A DNA stretch of 64,000 nt, taken from Anthoceros angustus. Lineage: Eukaryota; Plantae; Anthocerotophyta. This document shows, one piece after another, positions 11,494 through 24,910 of this stretch (its first letter is position 1; each line of letters starts with the position of its first letter). The notes beneath the pieces are model-generated. The model made no database searches. It saw only the letters and a list, made by a program, of their open reading frames with translations, and was not told where the DNA came from. The translations under genes were made by a program, and so were the position numbers. The stretch covers positions 1-64,000 of the forward strand of contig MU008210.1 in NCBI GenBank assembly GCA_010909165.1, written 5' to 3'.

Positions 11494-14065
11494 TTGTTTG
11501 CGTCCCCAAACAACCTACCATTGTAGATACTCCATCGCCTTCCGCCATTCATCGTAGTGACAAGTGGTTGTCATGTTAGATTCCTAGCTACGTACACTTT
11601 CCGTGAAAATACAAAACATCACTTCCTTGGAAACACAACCTCTCCATCTCATTGTCTGCATGTTGTGGAAGGACATCTTCCAAATTCCAAGACCTCGAGC
11701 TCCTAAATGTGCCATGAATGCTCCCAAGCCTCCCACCAAATTTCCACATAATCCTTCACAACTTCAAAGCTTGCAATTCCTCTCTTCAAGGCTTTGGTCA
11801 TCACTCCTTCCTCAAGATGTCCACTTCAATCCGCAATTCCTCCTCAAATTCTTCCAACTTCCTTCAAGTGACTCTCTCCCCACCTCGTTCCTTCTTTGTC
11901 TTCCATCTCCAATCGCTCATATCAAGACAAAGCAAAGCCTCAAGATGCAACTTGAAGCAACCTCCTTGAGATAGCTCCTCCACTTGACTCCTCCTTGCAA
12001 CATAGGCAACCCCATCTTGAGCACGGTACCAACCCGTCTGCGCCACAAGAACACTCCTGGACAATAAATTGGAAGCACTCGCCCGCTCTTCAATGGCCTT
12101 AGACATCTCCCGGTGAATAGCTACACACAACGCGTCAATTACTTCCTCCTTGATGCCAAAAGAAGCATCCAAGCCCTCCAAGCTCGAATTCAAGTTCTTC
12201 CTCTCAACCACACCCGTGAGAAACAGCTCCTTGAGCATGTCCCCTCGGTGGGCCCCCTTCCTCAAAGTAAAGCCCCTCGGCTCACCTAGCCTCCATAAAC
12301 TATCCATTGGTCAAGAGCACGACCTCCACTTCCTCCTAGACATCATCCTCATGAAATCTTGGGCGGAAGCAACAACATATGCCCACTCTCAAGCTCTTTC
12401 TTCTAACCAACGCCCCACAGCGAATAGCCTCTCATGCTCGCATTCTTAGCTCACCTCAACATGAGCTCCTCGCTCCCATCCTTGCACCAATTCTGCTCCT
12501 CTCGCATGTTGAGCTCCCAACCTAGAGCCCCAGCAGATCCTGAATTCCACCATTACGGGCACTTGGCCCATCTTCCAGCAACCCTTGCCACATCTCTACC
12601 TAGCAGTCCTCCTTGCAAAATCTCAAAGCACACGCCCATGTCTCACTTCTTCCACACATGTGGCAAATTACTTTGCCTTCCCCTCAAACTTGGTGGTGGT
12701 CCCCAATAATCAGCCTTTGCCTCTGCAAGCCTATCAACAGCTGCTTGCAGCAACCTCAAGCTACTTCCTTGGCTTAATTGCCTTCACCTCTACTCCTCAT
12801 TCTCCAACAAATTGCCTCAAGATCTTGACAATTCTCTTCCACTTCACTTCAATTCTCCGTTCCCATTTCTGCTCTAGTTTTGCTCTAGTTTGATCCTTTT
12901 GATCCAAAAGTAGGAGTGCCCAAACTTTCATATTCCACATACTCCCCACCTCACTTGTTTGCGTCCCGCAAACAACCTACCATTGTAGATACTCCATCGC
13001 CTTCCACCATTCATCGTAGTGACAAGTGGTGTCATGTTAGATTCCTAGCTACACTTTCCGTGAAAATACAAAACATCACTTCCTTGTGAAACACAACCTC
13101 TCCATCTCATTTATCTGCATGTTGTGGAAGGACATCTTCCAAATTCAAGACCTCGAGCTCTAAATGTGCCATGAATGCTCCCAAGCCTCCCACCAAATTT
13201 CCACATAATCCTTCAGCAACTTCAAAGCTTGCAATTCCTCTCTTCAAGGCTTTGGTCATCACTCCTTCCTCAAGATGTCCACTTCAATCCGCAATTCCTC
13301 CTCAAATTCTTCCAACTTCCTTCAAGTGACTCTCTCCCCACCTCGTTCCTTCTTTGTCTTCCATCTCCAATCGCTCATATCAAGACAAAGCAAAGCCTCA
13401 AGATGCAACTTGAAGCAACCTCCTTGAGATAGCTCCTCCACTTGACTCCTCCTTGCAACATAGGCAACCCCATCTTGAGCACGGTACCAACCCGTCTCTG
13501 CGCCACAAGAACACTCCTGGACAATAAATTGGAAGCACTCGCCCGCTCTTCAATGGCCTTAGACATCTCCCGGTGAATAGCTACACACAACGCGTCAATT
13601 ACTTCCTCCTTGATGCCAAAAGAAGCATCCAAGCCCTCCAAGCTCGAATTCAAGTTCTTCCTCTCAACCACACCCGTGAGAAACAGCTCCTTGAGCATGT
13701 CCCATACAGTGGGCCCCTCTTTCTCAAAGTAAAGCCCCTCGGCTATCACCTAGCCTCCATAAACTATCCATTGGTCAAGAGCACGACCTCCACTTCCTCC
13801 TAGACATCATCCTCCTGAAATCTTGGGCAGAAGCAACAACATCTGCCCACTCTCAAGCTCTTTCTTCTAACCAACGCCCCGCAGCAGCAATAGCCTGCTC
13901 TCATGCTCGCGTTCTTAGCTCAGCCTCCAAATCCCTGAAATTACTAACCGGCTCGACAATTCTCTTCCACTTCACTTCAATTCTCTCCTCGCTTCTGCTC
14001 TAGTTTTGCTCTAGTTTGATCCTTTTGATCCAAAAGTAGGAGTGCCCAAACTTTCATATTCCACA

Positions 14066-15380
14066 TACTCCCCACCTCACTTGTTTGCGTCCCGCAAACA
14101 ACCTACCATTGTAGATACTCCATCGCCTTCCACCATTCATCGTGTGACAAGTGGGTCATGTTAGATTCTAGCTACGTACACTTTCCGTGAAAATACAAAA
14201 CATCACTTCCTTGCGAAACACAACCTCTCCATCTCATTTATCTGCATGTTGTGGAAGGACATCTTCCAAATTCAAGACCTCGAGCTCCTAAATGTGCCAT
14301 GAATGCTCCCAAGCCTCCCACCAAATTTCCACATAATCCTTCAGCAACTTCAAAAGCTTGCAATTCCTCTCTTCAAGGCTTTGGTCATCACTCCTTCCTC
14401 AAGATGTCCACTTCAATCCATAATTCCTCCTCAAATTCTTCCAACTTCCTTCAAGTGACTCTCTCCCCACCTCGTTCCTTTGTCTTCCATCTCCAATGCT
14501 CATATCAAGACAAAGCAAAGCCTCAAGATGCAACTTGAAGCAACCTCCTTGAGATAGCTCCTCCACTTGACTCCTCCTTGCAACATAGGCAACCCCATCT
14601 TGAGCACGGTACCAACCCGTCACGCATACAACAAGAACACTCCTGCGTAAATTGGAAGCACTCGCCCGCTCTTCAATGGCCTTAGACATCTCCCGGTGAA
14701 TAGCTACACGCTCAAGCGTCAATTACTTCCTCCTTGATGCCAAAAGAAGCATCCAAGCCTCAAGCTCGAATTCAAGTTCTCCTCTCAACCACCACGGTCG
14801 CAACAGCGTACCTTGAGCATGTCCCCTCGGTGGGCCCCTTCCTCAAAGTAAAGCCCCTCGGCTATCACCTAGCCTCCATAAACTATCCATTGGTCAAGAG
14901 CACGACCTCCACTTCCTCCTAGACATCATCCTCATGAAATCTTGGCGGAAGCAACAACATATGCCACTCTCAAGCTCTTTCTTCTAACCAACGCCCCACA
15001 GCAATAGCCGCTCTCATGCTCGCATTCTTAGCTCGACCTCCAAATCCCTCGGAAATTACTAACCTGGCTCAATTCTTGACCCTCACCCTCGATTGACTCC
15101 TCGACAACCTCCTTCCTCTTGTTGTCCGTGAGCACATCCTTCTCCTGCTCTTAGAAACTACCTCTTCTTCCTCAAGAACCCTTGAAGATGTTAGCACATG
15201 TAGCTTCCTCCATGAGCTCTCTCCTCGCTTCTTCCTCTACACGTCATGCAACTCTCACACCACTTGCAAAAATCAGCGGGCGATCTCCTCTCTATGCCTG
15301 CAATAAAACTTCTTCTTCTCATCCCCGATTAGAGATTCTCAACAATGTTCATGCCTCTTCCACTCTCGACCCAAAGCAAA
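14066..15380 (-). pseudogene. Family A internal ORF of unknown function (gag-N-terminus-like start + coiled-coil-like body); extra partial copies at 11480-13950
   Basis: RRELMEEATCANIFKG (shared with B2 at 52182-52448), then MLKELFLTGVVERKNLNSSLEGLDASFGIKEEVIDALCVAIHREMSKAIEERASASNL, reproducible in three copies. Frameshifted. Confidence 0.5.
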
Positions 15381-15382
15381 GA

Positions 15383-15397
15383 GTCCCGACAGCGCCA
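15383..15397 (-). other. Primer-binding site, family A
   Basis: Minus strand CCCACA + TTTT + TGGCGCTGTCGGGAC. Confidence 0.75.
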
Positions 15398-15401
15398 AAA
15401 A

Positions 15402-18400
15402 TGTGGGAGGAAAACCCGGGGCTTAGATTCACCCTCTAGTGGCCACACTTATCCCACTGTCGCTAAGTACAATAGGTTTCGTCCCATGAGACTCTTGTTT
15501 GTCGGTCACCCATCCAAGGCACAAACCACCGCCTCTTCACACCCCAAGCTCCCTCACACAGTGGAGCAACTTCACTCCCCACACAGCCACGCCTCACCAT
15601 GCTCCGTCAATCACCGCTTCTAGACCTACAACGACACCCTACGATTAGGTCCACACCCCACGGCGGTAGGTCGGCCTACGCCGTGGGACCCCCTCGTTGC
15701 AACGCGACTTCACCACCCGTGATCGTCCACTATTCCTTTCCCATCGCCTTCCCACAATTGGCACACCCTCAACCACCAACTCTAACAGCGGCTCCCGCCT
15801 TTGCTCGGCCGGATCACCTCACTGGACCTACGACATCCTACGGTCGTGGGTCCCACCCTATGGTAGGTCCACCGTCTCGCACGCGTAGGGACCCCCTACA
15901 GGCGCGACTTCTCCACCCGTGATTTTGAGACCTTAGCCCGGCTTCCGGTCTCGGTTTGGTGCGGTTGGGACCCCTCCCTTAGGCTCGACTTGGGCCTTCT
16001 TCTTACTCCTAATCTCTACCTACTCCTCTACTCAACATTCAGCTCCACATTCTCCTCAACACTCACCTCAACTCAACTCCTCATCCTCCTAATCTAACCT
16101 TACTTCAAGCTCACTGGCCCTAGCTCGCCCTTCAGCTGGCACAGTGCGCCTACAAGCCAACAAGTTCTTCCTTGGGCGGTTGCTATGAGTTTGCAGACAG
16201 GAACCGAGTCTTTCCTGTAGTCTACCCTCAAGCCGAGTTCCTTGGGCATCGCCACACACCCAAAGCAAAGCAATTTCCACAACCATTCACAAGGAGCAAC
16301 TGCGGGCGCCCGCAGGAGCGAGCTCTCCAAGCACTCCGAGTCAAACTCCCTCTCTACCCGGGCCTTCGTTAGCTTGCGGTAGCACGAACTTCCTTCACAA
16401 GGAGCAAAGGACTCGCGGTGGGGCGCAAGACCGATAATTTTACTTCACAAGCTCCCTCCTTTTATAGGGAGGTCCTCACATGACCTCCCACAGCGCGCCC
16501 TCAGCCTGCCTCACTCCTTATTTTAGTGTATCCTCGATTTTAAGTTCGACATCCAAGCATCTTGGGTGAAATTCTATTCTAGCAACTTCACCTATGTGAG
16601 CCTTAATGGCTCTGTCAACATTCCTATCTAGCTAGTCAACACACCCTCTGGGTTGACAAGCATTAATGCTGTCCTCCTCTAAAGAAAAGTCTCCCCAAGC
16701 AATGAGCCCACGCTCCAAGCTACCACCAACCTCTTCAATTACCTCTAGATCGTCGCCTGGTGATCCTACGGATGTAGGGCCACCCTCTACACCTCCTACG
16801 GACGTAGGGTCAACTTCTTATGGCCCTACCGCCTCCACGCTCTCCACTGCAAGAAGGTCTCCCGTGAGCGGATCTTGCTCCATGCCTTCCTCTTCCTCCT
16901 CCGAGTCATCCTCTACGGCCTTCCATATACAGCCGGATGTGTTGGGCTCTTCCCTGGCTCCCTAGCAACCAACTTGCCCTTCTTAGGTGCGGCTTTCACC
17001 ATCTTGTACCTTCAAAATAAGCGCACAAACAAGACAAGCTTGGGCACGCCCATGCTCGTTTCCACCTAGTTGTCACCTCGGTGCCTACACACAATTGAGA
17101 TTTCTTCACCATACAAGATCCACCAGAGAGCAACTTGCCCTTCTTAGGTGCAGCGCTTTCACCATCTTGTACCTTCAAAATAAGCGCACAAACAAGACAA
17201 GCAGCTTGCCCACATGCTCGTTTCCACCTAGTTGTCACCTCGGTGCCTACACACAATTGCGAGATTTCTTCACTCGCCACACAAGATCCACCAAGAGAGC
17301 AACTTCAGCCCTTTTCCACTTACTTCCTCTTCACTCCACAGTCCCACCTAGCTCAAACTTGATGTCCTCACAACATACACCTCCTTATGTCCAAATCCCT
17401 CACTTGCAAGGTCCTAGGCACACAAAAATTCAGCGCCCTTGCTCTCTTCACGTGCTTCAAATCCCTTCACACACAACTCCTTATGCACGCACACCTCCTT
17501 CTCCTTGCACACACACGGGCTCGCGTTCCCACCAAGTCCTTGCTCTAGCTTTCCTGCATGCACAAGCTCTTCCTGCAATTCCTCGCACTTCCTAGGTGCC
17601 TCCCTACACCTGCCAGCACCAGTCCTTGCTCTAGCTTTCCTGCATGCACAAGCTCTTATGATTCCTCGCACTTCCTAGGTGCCTCCCTACACACCCGCTT
17701 GCATGGCCACCCCTACTACCTACCCCACATATTTATGTGCTATTATTCCTAATATATCCTATTTATCCACAACCTTGCCTATAGCCTCTTTAGCAACTTC
17801 CTAGGTTTGTACCTTGTATCCAAGTAGGGTGTCGCACCTCCTCCTACGGTGGGAGACCTCACCACTCCCTACGGTGGGAGACACTCTCATCCTACCATCT
17901 ACCTACCTAACTAATGCCCGTGGGAGACCTCACCACTCCCTACACCTACCCCACATCCTACATCTCATCCCCTACTTGTTCCTACCTTGTTCCCTACCTC
18001 GGTGGGGTGTTGCCTTCTTATGGACACGCACCGTCCTACCCATACATGAATACATGAATACATGAATACATACATACATAGAGTGCACCTCCCTTCACCT
18101 CCGTGGTGCACCTCCCTCGTGGTGCACCTCCCTCCTACGGATGTAGGGCCACCTCTACACCTCCTACGGACGTGGGGTCACTTCTTACGCCTCCACGCTC
18201 TCCACTGCAAGAAGGTCTCCCGTGAGCGGATCTTGCTCCATGCCTTCCTCTTCCTCCTCGAGTCATCCTCTACGGCCTTCCATACATCGGATGTGTTGGG
18301 CTCTTCCCTGCTAGCAACCAACTTGCCCTTCTTAGGTGCGGCTTTCACCATCTTGTACCTTCAAAATAAGCGCACAAACAAGACAAGCTTGGGCGCCACA

Positions 18401-20470
18401 TGCTCGTTTCCACCTAGTTGTCACCTCGGTCTACACACAATTGAGATTTCTTCACTCGCCACACAAGATCCACCAAGAGAGCAACTTCAGCCCTTTTCCA
18501 CTTACTTCCTCTTCACTCCACGGTCCCACCTAGCTCAAACTTGGTGTCCTCACAACATACCCTCCCAAATCCCTCACTTGCAAGGTTGGGGCACACACAA
18601 AATCAGCGCCCTTGCTCTCTTCACAGTGTGCTTCAAATCCCTTCACACACAACTCCTTATGCACACACCTCCTTCTCCTTGCACACACACGGGCTCCGCG
18701 TTCCACCAAGTCCTTGCTCTAGCTTTCCGTGCATGCACAAGCTCTTTGCAATTCCTCGCACTTCCTAGGTGCCACTCCTACACACCCGCTTGCATGGCCA
18801 CACCTCCTCCCTACACACCCGCTTGCATGGCCACCCTCTTGGGTGATTCCTGCATGGCTTCCTAGGTGCCACTCCCTACACACCCGCTTGCATGGCCACC
18901 TACACTACCTACCCCACATATTTGTGCTATTATTCCTAATATATCCTATTTATCCACAACCTTGCCTGCAGCCTCTTTAGCAACTTCCTAGGTTTGTACC
19001 TTGTATCCAAGTAGGGTTATTACTTCCCACCTCACGTGAGAGACCTCACCACTCCTCGGTGGGAGACACTCTCATCCTACCTATCTACCTACCTAACCAT
19101 GTAGGAGCCCTGCCCACCCCTACATCCTACGCATCTCTGTCCCCTACTTGTTTCCTACCTTGTTCCCTACCTCGGTGGGGTGCCATGCCTCGTCCACTAC
19201 CTACCCCTGCCCATACATGAATACATGAATACATGAATACATACATACATACATGGGTGCACCTCCCTTCACCTCCCCTGGTGCACCTCCCTCCCTCGTG
19301 GTGCACCTCCTCCCTGTAGGGGTGCCATGCCCCTCGTCCACTACCTACCATCTACCTACCCTCGTGGTGCACCTCCCTACACACCCGCTTGCATGGCCAC
19401 ACCTATGCGGCTCGTCCCGGGAGCCCCTCCATTCTTGTAGGGCCAACTATCACCCTACACCTACCCCAGGGCTCTCATGTGACTTGCAAATATAATAAGT
19501 TGAAACACCTCACACAAAGGTGCCCCATCCGTCTTGATCCACCCCTAGGACGCTTAACTCGGGTTCTTACATTCCATTGTCCAACACACCCAATTGGCTT
19601 GTGCATAACACTCATCAAGAATAAAATGAACTTATCCTCGGTGAACTTCTCACGCCTCCACAACATCTCGTACCAACCCTCCTTGCTATCCATTTCTCCT
19701 CGCGGCCACCACGGCCTCCCTTCACTTTGACTTGCAGCCCCCGCAAATTCCGCCGTCATGATGCACCCGTTGTGATCCCTTCACCATGTTGCGGCCACAC
19801 CCTTCCTATGGTTTGGCCACACCTCCATCTTGCAGCCCAGCTACAAATTCAGCCGTGAGTGCTCTACCACGGCCTTTCCTAGTTCAATACCGCCATCCTC
19901 ACATCGTGACTCCATTGAGCACTTCCATGTGCCTCGGCACCGCCATGGCCTCCTCTTGCAACCCTTGTGGCTGCTCACCCTCAACATGAGCTCCTCGCTC
20001 CCATCCTTGCACCGATTCTCCTCTCTGCATGTTGAGCTCCCAACCGAGCCCCTAGCAGATCCCCACAATTCCACCATTACGGGCACTTGGCCCATCTTCC
20101 AACCCTTGCACACATCTCTACCTAGCAGTCCTCCTTCTTGCAAAATCTCAGCAATATGAGCACGCCCATGTCTCACTTCTTCCACACATGTGGCAAATTA
20201 CTTTGCCTTCCCCTCAAACTTGGTGGTGGTCCCCAATAATCGGCCTTTGCCTGCAAGCCTATCAACAGCTGCTTGTGCAACAACCTCAAGCTACTTCCTT
20301 GGCTTAATTGCCTTCACCTCTACTCCTCATTCTCCAACAAATTGCCTCAAGATCTTGACAATTCTCTTCCACTTCACTTCAATTCTCTCCCGTTCGCTCT
20401 GCTCTAGTTTTGCTCTAGTTTGATCCTTTTTGATCCAAAAAGTAGGAGTGCCCAAACTTTCATATTCCCG
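15402..20470 (-). repeat. Family A 5' LTR (contains ~1.37 kb and ~0.16 kb duplications)
   Basis: Direct repeat of 6338-11478. Flanked by the PBS on one side and by non-PPT sequence on the other. Confidence 0.8.
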
Positions 20471-22499
20471 ATGGCGACACACTAGTGATGGACTCCTGAC
20501 CTTGTCTTGCGGCAATGAGTGTTTGGCTACCTCGGTTGTGCAACTCACCGGTAGTTCCTTCCACTACCGGTGCATTGGTCCTACCTCGCTTCCTGTCCTT
20601 TTGCAGCTTGGTGCCTCATCGCTCCCGCTTATCTTAGTTCCGGACAGGGCCTTCTCCCGTGGTGCCTCTGCTCTGAGGCTGCAACGCTCCCCTTCTCCTG
20701 GTTTGTCTTGCGGCATCCTTAATTTGAGCCATGGCTTCCTGGAAATCGACGGACTTCTCTGAGCCAATCCTCCACAGATCTTGTCCTTATTTCCTCTGCC
20801 GCTTGTCTTCCTCCGATTTGCTTGGCTTGGCCTCCTCCATCAAACAGCCACCACTTCCTCTCGTCGACTTGCACCTTTGAGCCATGTGAGAGCCATGGCA
20901 GCATCTAACAAATCGCAGGCGGATCATTGATGTGATACTCACCCGTCCACTGTTGTGGCGGCGGGAGGCGAGATCCGGGGCTCGAGATGCACCCTCTAGC
21001 GGCCACACTTATCCCTTGTCGTTTCGTGCGTTGGGTTTCGTCCCATGAGACTTGGGCAGTCGAATCTTGAAATCGTCACTACTGCTACACACTACCTCAG
21101 CCTTCTAAACAAGCAAGGCGCCCTCTCACGCTCCTCTCAGCTGCTCGCGCGTCTTGCCCGTAAACTCACCAAACCTCAACCTACAACACCACAATTGCGT
21201 TCGTCTTAACAAAGGTGTCTATCACGGGCGCCGGGGACCGACCCACACCGCAACCGTCCCTACTCCTAAGACACTCTTCTCCACACGGGCGCCCTCTTAC
21301 TTGCAGTTGGGATTCGTCCCTTAGGCACTGTGGCCTTAGTTTTCCTACACTCTAATCCTCCTCACAACTCTCTCAATCAACAACGCCCTCTTCTTCTCTA
21401 CTCATCTACCCTTCCTTCCTCCACAATCTCCTACTCTAACACCAATTGCTGGCTCATTAATTCCAACTCGCCCTTACGGCTGGCACAGGGTCCGTCAGGA
21501 AATTAACGAGTTCTTCCTTGGGCGGTTGCTATGTGGTTTGCAGACGAGAACCTCCGAGTCTTTCCTGCGGTCTACCCTCAAGCCGAGAGTTCCTTGAGCA
21601 TCGCCACACACTCAAAGCAAAACAATTCACACAACCATTCACAAGGGAGGCGGCTAGCGGGCGCTGCAAAACAAGCCCTCCACCCGGCACTCCGCGCGTT
21701 CTCCCTCTCTACCGGACCTGCGTTGGCTTGCGGCGAAATTCACACAAAGTGAAGGACTCGGGAGGATGGGGCGCAAGACACGATAATTTTACTTCACAAG
21801 CTCCCTCCTTTTATAGGGAGGTCCTCACATACTGACCTCCACAGCGCCCTCACAGCCTTACTCCTTATTTTAGTGTATCCTATTGTCGACTTTAAGTTCG
21901 ACATCCAAGCATCTTGGGTAAAATTCTATTCTAGCAAAATTCACCTATGTGAGCCTTAATGGCTCTGTCAACATTCCTATCTAGCTAGTCAACACACCCT
22001 CTTGGGGTGACAAGCATTAATGCATCCTCCTCTAAAGAAAAGTCTTCCCAAGTGGCATCTTGCCCCATGTCTTCAAGCTAATTTAAGGACTTCTTATGAA
22101 TCCCTTCCTTATCTTGATGCCTATCTTGAGTTCCTTCCTCCAATAAAATAGCCGGGCTCTCTTAGCTCATCATCCTCGACTTCTCCTCTTCCTCTCACTT
22201 GTGGAGCAAGTGAGCTCCTTACTCCTGCACCATGTTGGGAGGTTGGTCTTCTCCTTGTGATTCTTGCTCCATTCTGCAAGATCAACCCCTCTTCCTTCTT
22301 TCTGCAAGATCAACCCCTCTTCCTTCTTTCACCAAGGGCCAAGGTACTCGCCTCCCTTGCCGTCAAATCCATGCTAGCGACCTTTGAATCCTGCTTCTTC
22401 CGGCCCTCCTACCATGGTAGGACCTTCTCCTACCACGGTAGGAGTCCCTCCTACAGTAGGAACTCCTCCTACAGTAGGAGTTCCTAGGTTGTTTCTTCT

Positions 22500-24910
22500 T
22501 CCTTACCCCTTCACAGGGTGATTCTCTCCACATGCGCTTCCCCCGCTTTGCTTCTCACAGTGCGAAGTTTCTCCACCCTGTTGCTTGGGACACTCTCCAA
22601 GTCTAAGGCTTCCGGTTGGACTTGCATGAGGGCCTCCCTATCATCGTCATGAGGTCCCAACATCCTCCTCGGCAAGTCGCAATAACTCGTTAGTGGCCTT
22701 GAGCACCTTGTTGTGAAGATGGGCTGCAAATCGTTGTTGTGCCATCTCCAATTCTTCGTAATCCTCAAGCCATACTCCATGCTCACACTTGCTTTTGTAA
22801 GCATCTCGCTCAAGGCCAGCTCACCGGTCTTGACAGAGCCACATTCTCCGTCCTCTCATTGCGGTTGGCGGATCAATCTCTCTTGTAGGGCATAATCGGA
22901 AATCTACTCCCTCACCGCCAACATGTCTTTTCCCGCCTCATAATGCCTTTCTCCTTTGCCATTTCTTCCTCCAACTCCCCTATCCTCCTAGGGAGTTGTG
23001 CACTCTCCGTTCTTTGGACTTCTCGTTCCATTTCCAATCTTTGGACAAAATGTGTCCGTTCTTCCAGCTCTTCTTCCTTCAATTCCAGCCTCGTGATTTC
23101 TCCCTCCTTTTCCATGTCACTAATCTTCACGGCTGTGTGGCTATGACCGCTCATGCCTACTTGCCTTGTGTCTTTGTCCTCATTTCTGCGATTGCTCTCG
23201 TCTTGACCTTTCCTCCATTAGCAGCACTTGCTTGTCTTCGCCTTCTTTTCCCATGCGCACCATGTGAGCAAGTTGCTCCACCTTCTCCTCTCGAGCTGCC
23301 AATTGCTTGGTAAGAGCCTTGTTCTCCGAATATGATTGTTTGCCTCCTGTAGCCTTGTTTCAAGACTCTTTTCCAAGTGCTCCACTTGAGCTTCCATCCT
23401 CATAACATCCTCCCCTTTGGGTTTCCGCCTACACCGCAATTTCCCTTGCTTGGTAGGTCCTTGTCTTCTCGCCTCCGTCTTCAAGAATTCAACTCTCCTC
23501 TTGGCGGCTCCTACATCTACCTTGCTGAACATCTCCCCTATGCGGCATCTCCTCCAACATGTCTAAGTCTCCTTTCTTACCTCCGGAGACTCAAGGCCTT
23601 TGCCTTGCTCATGGGATCTTACATCCCTTGCTTCCCTATGATGAGCTCCCGCTCATCACTTGGTGGGCAACTCCTCCCACCGTGACTCCATCCGCTCGCC
23701 CACCTAGCAGGGGCGGTTGCCTTCTTATCTCCCTTGGGAGCTTCCAAACCGTGACTTCCTTTTCCCTCCTACCGTGGTAGGAGGTGCTCCAGTAGGACTA
23801 CTTCCCTACCGTGGTAGGACTAATTCACCCTTGTAGGCCTTGTCATGAGAGGACGAAGGGGTCCAAACCACTGGGAACACCTCCCACCCTCGCGGGATTC
23901 TGCCATGGTAGGATCTATCCTACCTTCCATCTCGCATCTTCCATGTCCAAACTTCAAATCCCCTACAACTTCTCCTTGCAAGTCCTCCTGCACATCCTCG
24001 GCCTATCTTTGGAGGATTCCTTCCCTAATGTGTCGGTGGTCTGCACCTCCTTTAGCGCAAAGCACCAAGCACTCCTTGTCCCTCTCACATGTAAGTACAC
24101 AATGTTAAAGGGATGCTTGGAATCATCCAACTCCTTACTTGTGAGTAGCCCTCTACTTCCCACAAATGCACTAGATAAGTGCTAAGATAGCATGGCCTTG
24201 TGTCTTCATCCAAGCGTTGGGTTTCAACTTTTCGGTGGTAGGTGTATGCTTCATACATGATGAGCCCCAATCCGGCTTCGCTCCTTGAGTGATCTTCCAT
24301 AGAAAATGGAGGAAGGTAGTCTGAAATATGACACCCTTGGATTGCTCACCAAGCCCAAAACAATTCTTGTGAACAATCTCCACTTGGGCTCCAAGATTTG
24401 GTCCGTCCAACCATTCTTGGACTTAGCCTTCATGCCCTTGCATAAGTGTAAGGGCTCCTTGGGAAGATCCGCCGTTGATGCACGCTTGCCTCCTCGTTCC
24501 TTCCATCAACGTGATTCCGCTATCCTCGCTATCGGCTGCCATATACGGCGTATGCTCCTTACGGTCCAACACCGTGGATCCGTCCGTGCGTTTCTATCCG
24601 GTAAGGCGGCCAATTCCTCTTCCGTCTGCTGCAAATTAGCAAAACACTCCTCTATCAATTCAAGGTTGGTGTAAGACCAATGTCGCCCATACACTCAGCT
24701 GAATATTCTCTCTGCTGCCCAAGGTCGAAAGTCGAAAGGTCTCTAGAGGATAGCTGGCCTGCATGCGTAAACATATGTCAAATTTCCACCCTCCGGTCGA
24801 TCCTCCTGCCTTAGACCTCTTGCTCCTGCGCCACCTCCTTGGTGGACGCTCCTTCCTTAGCTACTACCTCCTTGCCCTTGGTCATGGTAGGCTTGGTCAT
24901 GGCCTCCTTG
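22500..24910 (-). pseudogene. LTR-borne accessory ORF (Athila ORF/Transposase_32-like N-half + coiled-coil C-half); copies in L2 ~36400-38730, L3 ~44270-47900, L4 ~56500-58360
   Basis: Reconstructed from four copies: MTKPTMTKGKEVVAKE...TNLELIEECF...EPKWRLFTRIVLGLVSNPRVSYFSTTFLHFLWKITQGAKPDWGLIMYEAY...MRMEAQVEHLEKSLE...LELKEEELEERTHFVQRLEMERE...HLHNKVLKATNEL. The family assignment is pattern-based, not searched. Confidence 0.65.

Larger units (their letters stand above)
6338..20470 (-). mobile_element. Family A non-autonomous LTR retrotransposon (LARD-like), inflated by tandem duplications
   Basis: Two long direct repeats (6338-11478, 15402-20470), PBS at 15383-15397, PPT at 11479-11493. The internal region has no RT, RH or integrase-core motifs. 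Confidence 0.8.
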
